Virus record (IMG/VR): IMGVR_UViG_3300024181_000004
Coordinates: 2,329 to 66,328 of that record
DNA from: a virus
DNA: 64,000 nucleotides
Reading direction: 5' to 3' (one strand)
Shown: positions 27,206 through 36,556 of the stretch, piece after piece
How the letters are laid out: every line of letters starts with the position of its first letter
Numbering within the stretch: the first letter of the stretch is position 1
Made by a program: the position numbers and the translations under genes
Notes under the pieces: model-generated
The model's input: the letters and a program-made list of their open reading frames with translations, nothing else
Databases searched by the model: none
What the model was told of the DNA's origin: nothing

Positions 27206-27973
27206 TCACCACTCCCTGAGGAGGTAGCGCCGATCCGACGGGCCCTTCAGGTTGCACCGGTACCAGATCATGTCGCGACCGTCGTTGTAGGTGGAACGGT
27301 GTGGGACTGACCTCAGCCGCTCCCGCACCTCGAGGAGCGAGGTGTTGATCGCCGCCAGGCGTTGGCGCGCGCGCTTGTCGGCGCCGGGCACGATGGCCGC
27401 GAGCCGGCGGCGCGCCGTGGCGCTGCCGAGCTGCTTGTTCAGGCCATCCGCGGTTCCGCCGTCGAGGCGCTGGGCATTCCGATCGCAGGCCACGAGGACC
27501 ACGTCAAGGACGCATCCGGTCAGACCGTCAGAGCCATGCCCATCTGATTGACACATCGGGCAGTTACGCTCGACGTAGGCGAGAACCTTGTGGTAGTCGA
27601 GTAGCCAGGTCGCCAACTCGGATGAGCCGTCGAAGGGACGGACCCAGTTGCTATCCCAGTCCTCCCTGATCTCGCGCAGTTTCTCACGAAGGAGAGCCGA
27701 GTTCAGCCGCAGATGGGTGTCCGATTCCGCTCGCAGATCGGCGTAGAGCTCGGTCGCCGCATCGACTTGCCGGCGCCGGCGCTCCCGCAGGCGCACCGCG
27801 ATGTCGTAGACGTTGTCGGGCACAGCCTCACCGTCTGGCGGATACTCGTGGGGGCTGGATCTACCGGCGGGCAGTGTGTGGATTCTGTCGTCATGATGAC
27901 GGAATCGCGCTACATGTAAAGGGTTCGGCGGAAGATATCTAGGCGATTCGGTTTGCACGTTCTTTCCTATCAA
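27206..27973 (-). CDS. Hypothetical protein
   Basis: 255-aa ORF with CPMC motif; start uncertain. Confidence 0.5.
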   Translation of the reverse strand: MIGKNVQTESPRYLPPNPLHVARFRHHDDRIHTLPAGRSSPHEYPPDGEAVPDNVYDIAVRLRERRRRQVDAATELYADLRAESDTHLRLNSALLREKLREIREDWDSNWVRPFDGSSELATWLLDYHKVLAYVERNCPMCQSDGHGSDGLTGCVLDVVLVACDRNAQRLDGGTADGLNKQLGSATARRRLAAIVPGADKRARQRLAAINTSLLEVRERLRSVPHRSTYNDGRDMIWYRCNLKGPSDRRYLLREW

Positions 27974-28190
27974 CGACTTCGAGCGTTTGATTCAGGCGGC
28001 GCAGCAGCCGCGAGATTGCCCAGCGTTCGGAACGGAGAGTCCCCGGCGCACTGTCGAGAGTTTCGAGCGCCTTACGGGCGAGATGTAGGTGATAGCCCGA
28101 GTAGATCGAGAAGCGCGGCGTTCTCTTTGATTTGCGGGCTCTTGGGGCTTGCTTCGCCTTATTTTCTGGCGATTGGTCGGCTACATGCAT
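27939..28190 (-). CDS. Hypothetical protein
   Basis: Basic ORF filling the gap; start uncertain. Confidence 0.35.
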   Translation of the reverse strand: MHVADQSPENKAKQAPRARKSKRTPRFSIYSGYHLHLARKALETLDSAPGTLRSERWAISRLLRRLNQTLEVVDRKERANRIA

Positions 28191-28293
28191 GTGCGCGCAG
28201 ATACTTGCGCACTGCGCGTGACGCATGACGGCGCCAGCGTCGCTCGACCTCGCAAGACGCCGCGAACGTCGCGCGCTTTTCTTCGGCGAGCGG

Positions 28294-28572
28294 CTAGTTC
28301 ATCTCGACGGCGGTCTGCCGCGCCGCGTAGTAGCGCACCAGCCAAGGCCAGAACGTCACGAAGTCCCGGCCGTCGCGGACTGCGGTGATCTCGCCGCTCT
28401 TCATCCGGCGCTGCCAGGTGCGCTTCGTTCCTCCGAGGTCCTGGGCGAGGTGAGATGGTCGGAACTCCGGACGGTGGGGCACGTCCCTCAAGGACAGGAA
28501 CTCTTCAGCGACAGCAAGCGCGGCCGGATCGACTTCCGGTTCCGCGGTGCCGCAGACTGGCGTGCGCTGCAT
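28294..28572 (-). CDS. Excisionase-like HTH DNA-binding protein
   Basis: HLAQDLGGTKRTWQRRMKSGEI.AVR.G pattern. Confidence 0.65.
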   Translation of the reverse strand: MQRTPVCGTAEPEVDPAALAVAEEFLSLRDVPHRPEFRPSHLAQDLGGTKRTWQRRMKSGEITAVRDGRDFVTFWPWLVRYYAARQTAVEMN

Positions 28573-28666
28573 GCGCTGTAGGGGAGACCGGCGGACCGTC
28601 CGACGGGCTCAGCGCGAGAAAGTGTACAGGAACTCCGCACGAAAAGGTGTCGCGATTATTCCGCGT

Positions 28667-28909
28667 TCAATTCCAGCGCGTGTCGCCCATGGCCATGTAC
28701 TCCCATCCGTCGACGCCGCTGGCGCGGAGCTGCGCGTCGGTCAGCCCCGCGGCCGGCTCGAGCGCGTTGCGCGCAAGGAAGTCCAGGTCCGGCTCCTCTT
28801 CGGAGTCGAGCTCGATGCCCACGTACTGCACCATGGGAGGGAGGCCGCTCGGCCGACCGAACACGTTTCCGATCTGCAGCTCGATCCGGCGGAGGTAGCG
28901 GCGGATCAA
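28667..28909 (-). CDS. Hypothetical acidic protein
   Basis: TTG start overlapping the upstream stop. Confidence 0.45.
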   Translation of the reverse strand: MIRRYLRRIELQIGNVFGRPSGLPPMVQYVGIELDSEEEPDLDFLARNALEPAAGLTDAQLRASGVDGWEYMAMGDTRWN

Positions 28910-29193
28910 TCGAAGAGACCCTTCTGGATTGGCCTCCTGAAGATCATCTCGTACGAAGGTTCCCTCGACCCGGACGGCGAATCCGCAGCGATCGCGCGGC
29001 GCTCGAAGACCAGTTCCCACCCCTGGGCGCCCATCTCGTTCATCTCCGCGATGAGTTTTTCGTCCTCCACGCTCACGATGACGTACTGCCACTGCGTGAA
29101 CCTCGCCGGCGCCGGGCGCACCCTGTTCCACACCATCACCAACACGATCAGCGCGAGCAGGATGTTGGCGACGATGAGATGGCGGCGGATCAT
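28906..29193 (-). CDS. Membrane-anchored DUF4177-like protein
   Basis: N-terminal TM helix; WQY...MNEMGAQGWELV...YEMIFRRP. Confidence 0.7.
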   Translation of the reverse strand: MIRRHLIVANILLALIVLVMVWNRVRPAPARFTQWQYVIVSVEDEKLIAEMNEMGAQGWELVFERRAIAADSPSGSREPSYEMIFRRPIQKGLFD

Positions 29194-29876
29194 TTCTGCG
29201 GCGCTTGGTTCGCGATCTCCTTTTCCACTCCGTCGAGAAGCTCGCGCTCAAATCGGTACGTCGAAAGGCACTGAGTTCCTGACCCATTCGAGTCCGAGCC
29301 AACCTCGCCGCTGTTAAAGGTGATGTCCGATTCGATCAAAAGAGGAGGGTCCATATCGAGAGGTACGTGCCTGATGATGCGCTTGTGGGCCACATAGCGC
29401 ACGTTCACGCGCACTGACGACGTGTCGCCGGCGCTCGTCACGAAGACGTTCGCACCCGCGCTGAGCGTCACGAACCGCTCGTTCGAGTAGAGCTTGCCAC
29501 TTTCTAGAAATTCGTACCGCTCCGACGCGGAAGCACCCGCAAACCCATAATCCCTGCGCCCCCTCATGTTCGAAACCCACGTCTTGATGAGACCGCAGTC
29601 GATGTAATCGGCCGGCGTCTGCGCGGAGAATTTCAAGGTCAGCAGGCCAGAATCCTTCGAAACCTGATCGATGCCGAAGGAGTGAACCGCCAGATACGAA
29701 ACGAGCGCCGACCACGCGGCATCGCGAGTCACGTGGAATGTTCTGGTGTTGACGGCCAACTCCTTCGCCACAGGCGTCGGCGGAGTGTACTTGGAATCGC
29801 CATCAAGCCTCCACCCTGCAATAACTTGCAGCGGGAACAGCACAGCGAAACCGAGAGCCCAAAGCGATGCCTTCAT
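29190..29876 (-). CDS. Exported envelope protein (BamC-N-like pattern)
   Basis: Real start ATG 29876 with signal peptide; RTF..TRDAAWSALV...SKDSGLL...YIDCG. Confidence 0.55.
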   Translation of the reverse strand: MKASLWALGFAVLFPLQVIAGWRLDGDSKYTPPTPVAKELAVNTRTFHVTRDAAWSALVSYLAVHSFGIDQVSKDSGLLTLKFSAQTPADYIDCGLIKTWVSNMRGRRDYGFAGASASERYEFLESGKLYSNERFVTLSAGANVFVTSAGDTSSVRVNVRYVAHKRIIRHVPLDMDPPLLIESDITFNSGEVGSDSNGSGTQCLSTYRFERELLDGVEKEIANQAPQK

Positions 29877-30760
29877 TCGACCTCCACCGGCGCCTCGACG
29901 ATCGTGGTCACCGTCCCGACCGGGTACCATTCTCCGGCCAGGAGCGGGATCTCCGGCGGGCCGCCGTAGTCAGGGTTGCGCTTCACGATCTTGAACTCCT
30001 CGCCGCTGGTCGCCAGAAGGCCGATCGTCGTCCCCTCGTCGCGGATGTACACCATCACGATCTTCCCAGGTTGGAACAGCGAGCGACTCGGATCAAGTAG
30101 GACTTTCCATCCGTTCCGCAACGTCGGGTGCATCGAGTGCCCGAAGATCTTCACCACCTTCACGCGGTCGTCGCGCAGTTCCCGCAGCGAATTGAGGAGC
30201 TGCGTCGTCGGGATGAGCCAGTCGTCGGGAGCGATCGGGACGCCGGCGGCGACGCTGGCGTCGATCGGCGTGACCCAGGCGTGCAGCGGGCGCGGGACGT
30301 CGGTGTCCTTCTCGATCCATCGGTCGATCGGCGGTGGAGGAAAGTCTCCATCCTCGCCGGCGCGCGTCGGGAAGAGCACGAGGTTCGATGACGGCAGGCG
30401 TGGCCGCGCCCTCTCGGCCGACCAGATGGCATGGTCGAGGATCTCGTCGCGCTCTGAGTCGTCTACGGTTTCGAGCATGTCGATCATGAGGCGATAGCGG
30501 GGGTTGCTCTCGTAGGGTGTGATCTGGCGGATCGATTCCCTACCGGTCAATTCTTCGATTTCGCATTCCAGCGCCCGCGCAACTTGCCGGAGCGACCGAA
30601 TCGAGGTGTTGAGGCCGCGCTCGATGTCTTGGTATCGCTTCTCGCTAAGGTGAGCACGGCGCGCGACTTCCGCCTGCGTCAGCCTCATCGAGAGGCGCCG
30701 CTCCCGGACCTTTCCGCCGTGCGGGTAGACCTCCGATCGATTCGCCCCCACAGGAAACAT
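29873..30760 (-). CDS. cI: CI-like repressor (HTH + S24 peptidase)
   Basis: HTH LTQAEVARRAHLSEKRYQDIERG; S24 GHSMHP and downstream Lys; divergent from Cro. Confidence 0.9.
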   Translation of the reverse strand: MFPVGANRSEVYPHGGKVRERRLSMRLTQAEVARRAHLSEKRYQDIERGLNTSIRSLRQVARALECEIEELTGRESIRQITPYESNPRYRLMIDMLETVDDSERDEILDHAIWSAERARPRLPSSNLVLFPTRAGEDGDFPPPPIDRWIEKDTDVPRPLHAWVTPIDASVAAGVPIAPDDWLIPTTQLLNSLRELRDDRVKVVKIFGHSMHPTLRNGWKVLLDPSRSLFQPGKIVMVYIRDEGTTIGLLATSGEEFKIVKRNPDYGGPPEIPLLAGEWYPVGTVTTIVEAPVEVE

Positions 30761-30802
30761 CTTACCGCCCGAGACTCGTCGGGTCGCACCCAACGGGCGA
30801 AT

Positions 30803-30816
30803 GTTTCACATGAAAC
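30803..30816. promoter_or_regulatory. Candidate operator GTTTCA-CA-TGAAAC
   Basis: Perfect 6-2-6 inverted repeat in the cI/cro intergenic region. Confidence 0.5.
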
Positions 30817-30828
30817 GTAGAAAAATAC

Positions 30829-30857
30829 TTGACAGAACGATCGTACGGACGTAACTT
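30829..30857 (+). promoter_or_regulatory. Sigma70-type early rightward promoter
   Basis: TTGACA-N17-TAACTT, 10 nt before GTG 30868. Confidence 0.7.
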
Positions 30858-30867
30858 AGTACGCATC

Positions 30868-31086
30868 GTGGAAACACCACTGGAATCGGAGATCAAAGAA
30901 CGCGAGATCAGCCCGACGCGGCTCGCGCTGGCGACAGGCCTTTCGTATCGGTACCTGCTCCTCGTGCGCCACGGTAAGTGCGAGCCGACAGTTCGTCGCG
31001 CCTCCCTAATAGCCATGGCCATGTCCAAGCTCGGCCGGAAGCGCTACACCGTCGATGACTTCTGGCCCGTGGAGAAGGTGGCCTGA
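30868..31086 (+). CDS. cro: Cro-like HTH protein
   Basis: ISPTRLALATGLSYRYLLLVRHGKCEP; divergent from cI. Confidence 0.8.
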   Translation: METPLESEIKEREISPTRLALATGLSYRYLLLVRHGKCEPTVRRASLIAMAMSKLGRKRYTVDDFWPVEKVA

Positions 31087-31087
31087 G

Positions 31088-31348
31088 ATGAAGCGCATCT
31101 TCTCGGTCGCCCGCTGGCAGGTAACCGTCCCCGAGCTTCCCTCGTCGGTGGATCTCTGCCTGGCGCACGTCGAGCAGTTGCGCGCGACGCACCCACACGC
31201 GGAGGTCCGGCTGCACTTCGACACATTCCAGCACCCCCGAGGCTGTGAGGCGTGCCTCCTCCTGGGCCGTCCGGTCACGGTAATCGCTCGTGGCCAAGGT
31301 ACACGGAAATCGTGCACACAATTCGGCACGAAAAGGCGGACCGCGTGA
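31088..31348 (+). CDS. Hypothetical protein
   Basis: ATG right after the cro stop; coupled to the next gene. Confidence 0.5.
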   Translation: MKRIFSVARWQVTVPELPSSVDLCLAHVEQLRATHPHAEVRLHFDTFQHPRGCEACLLLGRPVTVIARGQGTRKSCTQFGTKRRTA

Positions 31349-31755
31349 ACGACCAGTCGATCGTCGTCTGCCTGCGCACCCCGTCTCGCGGACTCCCTGC
31401 CCCGCCGTTCGTCCGTCGGTACGAGTTGCTCTCCGACGCCCAAATGATCGCCGGCACGATCCTCGACGTGTTCGATTTGCGCTTGCCGGTCAGCATCTTG
31501 CGGTCCAACGGCGAGTGGGGCGCGGTGCATACACCCGCGGCTTTGTCTCTCAAGGTTGCGCCCGCCGGTGCACTTGCGGAAGTACGCCCTCCAGTCTCTT
31601 CCGTAATTCCTCTCCCACACACCACGGACGCCGATTGCACGGTCAACCCGGCGACAGGCTGCTGCGGTGGGTGCGGGGTGGAACACAGCGACGCCTGCGG
31701 GTCATGCGGCGGGCGCGGCTACCACAACGCCGGATGTATGGAGCGTGAGCCGTGA
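31345..31755 (+). CDS. Hypothetical protein with Cys-rich C-terminus
   Basis: CCGGC...CGSC...H..C; GTGA overlap. Confidence 0.5.
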   Translation: MNDQSIVVCLRTPSRGLPAPPFVRRYELLSDAQMIAGTILDVFDLRLPVSILRSNGEWGAVHTPAALSLKVAPAGALAEVRPPVSSVIPLPHTTDADCTVNPATGCCGGCGVEHSDACGSCGGRGYHNAGCMEREP

Positions 31756-32297
31756 CGCTGCCTCATGAGGCGACGCGTCGCGCCCTGGACGGCTGCCGCA
31801 AGCGCGCCGCCCTGGCGATCGACCGCTCTCCCGAACTCGTCGACCGCTGGTGCAACGCGGCCGAGACAGAGGGCGGCTCCGGTACGCCGTCGCCGGCGCA
31901 GCGTGTGGTCGAGATGACGCGCGTCGCTCTCCTCGACTCCGCCGCCGACCCCTACGCCATGGTCCGCTGGATCAACACCGAGTTGGGGTTCATCCCGCCG
32001 GTGCGGGTCGTGCCGACCACCGGTGTCAAGGTCGTCGACGTCGCCCGCGCGACCAAGGAATTCTCGGACTACCTCTCTGCCGTGTCCGCGCGGCTCGAAG
32101 ACGGCCACCTCTCTCCGTCTGACGCCGCAGTGATCGCGCGCGAGATCGAGGAGTACCTCGGCGTAGGTGCCGCGCAACTCCTCGCGCTCCGCGCGATCAC
32201 GGACGCGGAAGAGGCGAGGGTGACGCGCGAGCGCATCGGGCCGAAGCGCGCGTCGCGGTTCATCGAGCTTCGGAAGTTGGCCGGAGGTGTCGCGTGA
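31752..32297 (+). CDS. CII-like phage regulatory protein
   Basis: ALAIDRSPELVDRWCN, ATKEFSDYLSAV..RLEDGHLSPSD pattern; position after cro. Confidence 0.65.
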   Translation: MTLPHEATRRALDGCRKRAALAIDRSPELVDRWCNAAETEGGSGTPSPAQRVVEMTRVALLDSAADPYAMVRWINTELGFIPPVRVVPTTGVKVVDVARATKEFSDYLSAVSARLEDGHLSPSDAAVIAREIEEYLGVGAAQLLALRAITDAEEARVTRERIGPKRASRFIELRKLAGGVA

Positions 32298-32587
32298 AGC
32301 GCGTCGTCCAGACCACCGTCGTCCCGCCGAGCAACGGAGTCACGTCTTCCGACGAAACCCAGGCGCTACACCCTCGTGAGATTCCCACGTGGGCGGGCAG
32401 AGGGGATCAACGCGAAAGCCGTGATTCGGTCGCTCTGCCGAGATGGAAGCAGTCCATCCGTACAACCCGAAGGGGAGACCTTGGACTGCTGCCGCGGGTC
32501 CATGCGTCGCTGTTCCCCGCTGAGCGTGGCCGGGCGCTGCGGCAGAGCGTGCCGGCCCATGTCGCAAATCGTCGGAGGGCTGCATGA
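32294..32587 (+). CDS. Hypothetical protein (weak)
   Basis: Coupled overlaps on both sides but atypical codon use. Confidence 0.3.
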   Translation: MKRVVQTTVVPPSNGVTSSDETQALHPREIPTWAGRGDQRESRDSVALPRWKQSIRTTRRGDLGLLPRVHASLFPAERGRALRQSVPAHVANRRRAA

Positions 32588-32898
32588 CCCCATTCGGCGG
32601 AACCTCCCGGATCATCCGCGGTGGCTGGCTGAACCACCTCAAGGCGCATCAGCTCGTCCTGGCCAAGCGGTTGTTCAAGCGCGGCATCGTGAAGTACGGC
32701 CGCGCCGACTTCCCGCCGTGGAAGGATGAGGCGCATTTCCTCCCGCGTCCCGACGTCATCGACCGCTGCACCGTGTGCGGTGATCCGATCTTCAACCAGT
32801 CGAAGAACGTGAAGGTGACCAAGGGGCGGCACGTGGACGGGTCGGACAAGTTGCGTCACGTGAAGTGCTACCGGCTTCTCCGTGAGGCCGCCGCCTGA
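32584..32898 (+). CDS. Hypothetical zinc-ribbon protein
   Basis: CTVC...H..C; ATGA overlap. Confidence 0.55.
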   Translation: MTPFGGTSRIIRGGWLNHLKAHQLVLAKRLFKRGIVKYGRADFPPWKDEAHFLPRPDVIDRCTVCGDPIFNQSKNVKVTKGRHVDGSDKLRHVKCYRLLREAAA

Positions 32899-33093
32899 AT
32901 ACCCGCTCTCGCCTGAGCGAATCGCGTTCGCGCGGTTCGCTGATGCGAAGTCGGTCCCGAAAGCAGTTGCGCCGCCAGCGTGAAAGAGACGCGGGCGGCG
33001 CGGAAGTGAAGTGAGTAGAACCCGTTGTGTCCCGTTGCTGCGAATCGGTGATGTGCACCGAAGGGGCGGGACGCTGTTGAGAAGGTCAACTAC

Positions 33094-33954
33094 ATGACGA
33101 CATCGTACACCAGTTCAGTGCCCGGCCTCGGAGGCCCGCAGTTCAGACGGGCGAACGATCCCACCGTGGCGCTGTTGCCGGCTTCCAACTGCTCAAACCT
33201 CGGACCCAGTGCTGAAGCTACCTCTCTCTCTCACGACGGGGATGCGCCGGCCGACATCCCCGTCACCTCCTCCTTCTCATCCTGCTGCCCCACCTACGAA
33301 GTCCATCGCGCCAACGCGGATGAGGACTACCGCCGTTGCGCGAGTGACTGCGGAACGGATCGTCACCTGAAGCACTGCGCCATCGGGATCGGTGGACCGG
33401 CGCATACGCCTTCGTCCCTCGCCTCTGAACGTCACTCCGTCATGGAGAGGATGGGCGAGGAGATGCGGAAGGTCGCGGCGTCGATTCAGGCGGGCGTGGC
33501 GCCGGGAGGTCATGGCGTGATCCATCCGCAGCCAAAGCCGCGCCGCGGCGTGCGCCTCGCGAAGGTTCACCGCGTCAACTACGACCGCCTCGCCATGGCG
33601 AAGGACGTCTCGCAACCCGACGCGAAGTTCCGCGAGTTCGTTCGCAAGCGCGGCTGCCAGGTGCGGCTGCGGTCACGCGCGAAGCACGCGCGCTGCTCGC
33701 CCGTCATCGGCACCGACTACTCGCGGCGACCGCTCATCGTCTTCGCCCACACGCCTACGGGCGGCAAGCGAACGATGTCCCGCAAGGCGTCTGACGTCGG
33801 CCACGGCATCGGGCTGTGCAGTGATCTCCATGACGAGCAGGGCGCCATCGGATGGAAGCGCTTCGCGAAGAAGTACGACATCGACGCGCGCGCGATCGCC
33901 GAGGAACTGGCGGCCGAGTACGCGGCGAAGTTCTGCGGGAAGGAGCGGCGCTGA
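33094..33954 (+). CDS. Protein with C-terminal DUF968/DUF1364-like (HNH-related) domain
   Basis: GCQVR...C...FAHTP...GIGLCSDLHDEQ; true start probably downstream (for example ATG 33442). Confidence 0.55.
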   Translation: MTTSYTSSVPGLGGPQFRRANDPTVALLPASNCSNLGPSAEATSLSHDGDAPADIPVTSSFSSCCPTYEVHRANADEDYRRCASDCGTDRHLKHCAIGIGGPAHTPSSLASERHSVMERMGEEMRKVAASIQAGVAPGGHGVIHPQPKPRRGVRLAKVHRVNYDRLAMAKDVSQPDAKFREFVRKRGCQVRLRSRAKHARCSPVIGTDYSRRPLIVFAHTPTGGKRTMSRKASDVGHGIGLCSDLHDEQGAIGWKRFAKKYDIDARAIAEELAAEYAAKFCGKERR

Positions 33955-34148
33955 TGGGCGACCACACCATTCTCATCGGAGCCGAGTCTGTAGAGCGAGC
34001 CGCACATTCGATTCACTCCTCGGCGGAGCGGATCGCCAGCGCTGCGTCGTCGTTCTACGACACCGCGCAGCGGCTGATCACCGCTCTCGACGAACACGCG
34101 ACGCGGATTGAGCGCGCGATGGAAGCGCACGAGGAGACGACGCGATGA
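33954..34148 (+). CDS. Hypothetical coiled-coil protein
   Basis: TGATG overlap; 64 aa. Confidence 0.5.
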   Translation: MGDHTILIGAESVERAAHSIHSSAERIASAASSFYDTAQRLITALDEHATRIERAMEAHEETTR

Positions 34149-34366
34149 ACCGCGTCCTTCGCGAACTCTCCGTCATCTTCGGCCGCGAGCCGAAGCAACC
34201 GCTCCGCGGTGAACCCGCGACGTCACGTCCGCCAATCGATCCGCCTCAGCAGGTGCACGACATCCAGCCGGCGCAACAGCGAACGCTCCCGATGCGTAAG
34301 CGCGCCGCCGTCCGCCAGAAGCTCGAGCAGATCCGCGGCGAGAAGGAAGGAAAGGCAGGGCGATGA
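34145..34366 (+). CDS. Hypothetical protein
   Basis: Coupled early-operon ORF. Confidence 0.45.
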   Translation: MNRVLRELSVIFGREPKQPLRGEPATSRPPIDPPQQVHDIQPAQQRTLPMRKRAAVRQKLEQIRGEKEGKAGR

Positions 34367-34899
34367 GCGCCGGCACTATCACGGTTCTCCACCTCGGCTC
34401 TCCTGCGGAGCACGTCATCCGCGAGGGCGACTACTTCGCGTTCCAATGGAGCGAGGAAAACAGACGCAAAGCTGGGGGCGATATCGACTGGTGCTTCGAC
34501 GGCCGACTCCTGGCGAAGGTCGATCGCGGTGGCGACATTCGGCTGCGGGATACCTACTGGACCGACCCAACGCATGGACTCTCGTTCACTCCGGCCGAGG
34601 CCACCCTGGCGGGGACCCTGATCTTCATCGCGAACCTCGACGAGCTGGACGTCATCAAGGAACACGAACTCGTCTACTACGCCGACGCTGATGTCGTGAA
34701 TCTCTCATCGCAGCACGGCTGCTACAAGAAATTCGCGATCCGTAAGGGCACGAAGCGTAACCGCGAAGCAATGCTCGAAAGCGTCACCGAGAAAATCCGC
34801 AAGGCGGCACGCGAGATTGATTCGGCCGTGCGGTACATCGAGCTCTACGCCGGCAAACGCGCACTGATCGAGGCCGGGGATCTGGAGGTCTCAATCTAA
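34363..34899 (+). CDS. Hypothetical protein
   Basis: 178 aa, typical codon use, coupled. Confidence 0.7.
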   Translation: MSAGTITVLHLGSPAEHVIREGDYFAFQWSEENRRKAGGDIDWCFDGRLLAKVDRGGDIRLRDTYWTDPTHGLSFTPAEATLAGTLIFIANLDELDVIKEHELVYYADADVVNLSSQHGCYKKFAIRKGTKRNREAMLESVTEKIRKAAREIDSAVRYIELYAGKRALIEAGDLEVSI

Positions 34900-35174
34900 T
34901 GACCGCCGTCCACATGCTCGGCGACCGTCTACGCGTCCCCGCTGGTGTCGTGTTCGGTCTCCGGAAGACGATCTACAACTGGCGCGGTCGACCATTGCTC
35001 GATCCATTCGAGGGCCGGGAGTTCATCTACATCGGGATGTCCAGCGACTGGCCCGGATGCTTCGAAGTCGACGTCTGGAGCGGCCAGGAGTTCATCCGCA
35101 TCAGCGTCAACGACGACGAGATCTTTCACGATCTGAGGTCCGGTCGTGAATTGCACGAGAGGACCGCACGATGA
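34899..35174 (+). CDS. Hypothetical protein
   Basis: TAATG overlap, SD GGAGGT. Confidence 0.55.
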   Translation: MTAVHMLGDRLRVPAGVVFGLRKTIYNWRGRPLLDPFEGREFIYIGMSSDWPGCFEVDVWSGQEFIRISVNDDEIFHDLRSGRELHERTAR

Positions 35175-35410
35175 GCGAACGCCCAGTCGTCGGCCGCATC
35201 GTCGAGCTCGCGGCGAAGAGTCCCGCCCTGGCCGCGGCAGGCGCTGAGATCACACGCGAAATCGTGGATCAGCAGCGGCGGCAGATCGCGGCACTCAAGG
35301 GCGTCATCGCGCACATCAAGAACGTGATCCGGCAGACGACGCGATCGGCGCAACAGAAGGTCGAGCGCATCGGCGAGGTGATCGCCGAATACGAGAGGGA
35401 GAACAAGTAG
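35171..35410 (+). CDS. Hypothetical coiled-coil protein
   Basis: Coupled ORF. Confidence 0.55.
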   Translation: MSERPVVGRIVELAAKSPALAAAGAEITREIVDQQRRQIAALKGVIAHIKNVIRQTTRSAQQKVERIGEVIAEYERENK

Positions 35411-36556
35411 ATGTCCGCAAACTCACCGGCGGTTCCTGTCGGAGCCAGCCGTCCACGCTTCACCTCGATCGCCGGATTCTCGGATCAGAACTCAATGCCG
35501 CGTGTCGCAAAGCTGCGACTCGGCATCGTCGTCGCCGAGGCCGGCAAAAAGGATCACCCGCGCGAGACGGACCACTTCGTCCTCGACGTCGAGGACTCCA
35601 TCCCCCCCAAGATCGCCGAAGAGATCCGCGAGCGGTTCGCCGAGCGGTACGGCGCCAACCCGCAGATCGTCGACAACGTCGTCTTCATCTCTCCCAGGCG
35701 CGACGATGTCCTATCGACCGATTACGAGGTCTGGAAGGCCGGGAAGCTCTTCTGCCACGGCGATGGCGACAAGGCGCAGCGCAAGATCAACGGAGAGTGG
35801 GTGGCGTGGTTGCCGTGCGCGAACGGCGGATGCCCGGACTTCAACCGCAAGGAGTTCACCACCCGTCTGCGGTTCATGCTCCCCGACGTTACGCCCATGG
35901 GCTACTTCCAGATCGACACAGGCTCGATCTACGGCACGGCCAACATGCGTGACGCGCTGACTCTGGTCGAGACGATGACGGCGGCTCTCTTTGGCGCGCC
36001 GCAGATCCACAACATCCCCTTCGTTCTGTCGCGCGTTGCCGAGAAGGTGGAGTTCGAGGGGAAGCTCAACACCCACTACATCATCCACCTCTACCCGGAG
36101 AACCTCTCCGTCGAAGCGCTGCGCACTCGGCTCAATCGTCGTCTCGCTGCGGCAGGTGAACCGGTGCCAGAATCGCGTCAAGTCGCCGCGCCGATGGACA
36201 TCATCGAGGCCGAGCAGGATATGCCGGACGAGTTGGTTCCGGCCGGCGAGCGACAGGAGCCGGAACAATTCGACCCGAATCTCGAGGATGAGTTCACAGC
36301 CGCGGCCGAGGCGCTGAAGTGGAACGTCGGTACGGTGACGGCGAAGAGGGCGCAGTTCCCCAAGCAGGCCGATCTCGTCGCGGACGCTCGCCGGGAGCTC
36401 GACGCCAGAATCGACCAGGCTTTCGAGTCCCTCAAGATCCCGAAGCGTGACGAGACCGCGCTGCGCGAGAAGTTCACGACGCGCACCTCCCTGCTCGCGG
36501 AGTTGCGGGCGCGTTGGGACGCGCAACCGAAGAAAAATAATGGGGCGTCAGCATGA
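35411..36556 (+). CDS. Gp3-like (recombination directionality factor-like) protein
   Basis: KLRLGI...P.ETDHF, FCHGDG..A, C...C.....LRFML....G.FQI.T.S pattern. Confidence 0.7.
   Translation: MSANSPAVPVGASRPRFTSIAGFSDQNSMPRVAKLRLGIVVAEAGKKDHPRETDHFVLDVEDSIPPKIAEEIRERFAERYGANPQIVDNVVFISPRRDDVLSTDYEVWKAGKLFCHGDGDKAQRKINGEWVAWLPCANGGCPDFNRKEFTTRLRFMLPDVTPMGYFQIDTGSIYGTANMRDALTLVETMTAALFGAPQIHNIPFVLSRVAEKVEFEGKLNTHYIIHLYPENLSVEALRTRLNRRLAAAGEPVPESRQVAAPMDIIEAEQDMPDELVPAGERQEPEQFDPNLEDEFTAAAEALKWNVGTVTAKRAQFPKQADLVADARRELDARIDQAFESLKIPKRDETALREKFTTRTSLLAELRARWDAQPKKNNGASA

Noticed and set aside
28621-28660. Late promoter with -10 TACACT on the - strand
   Set aside because: No convincing -35 or correctly spaced TG extension; too weak to call
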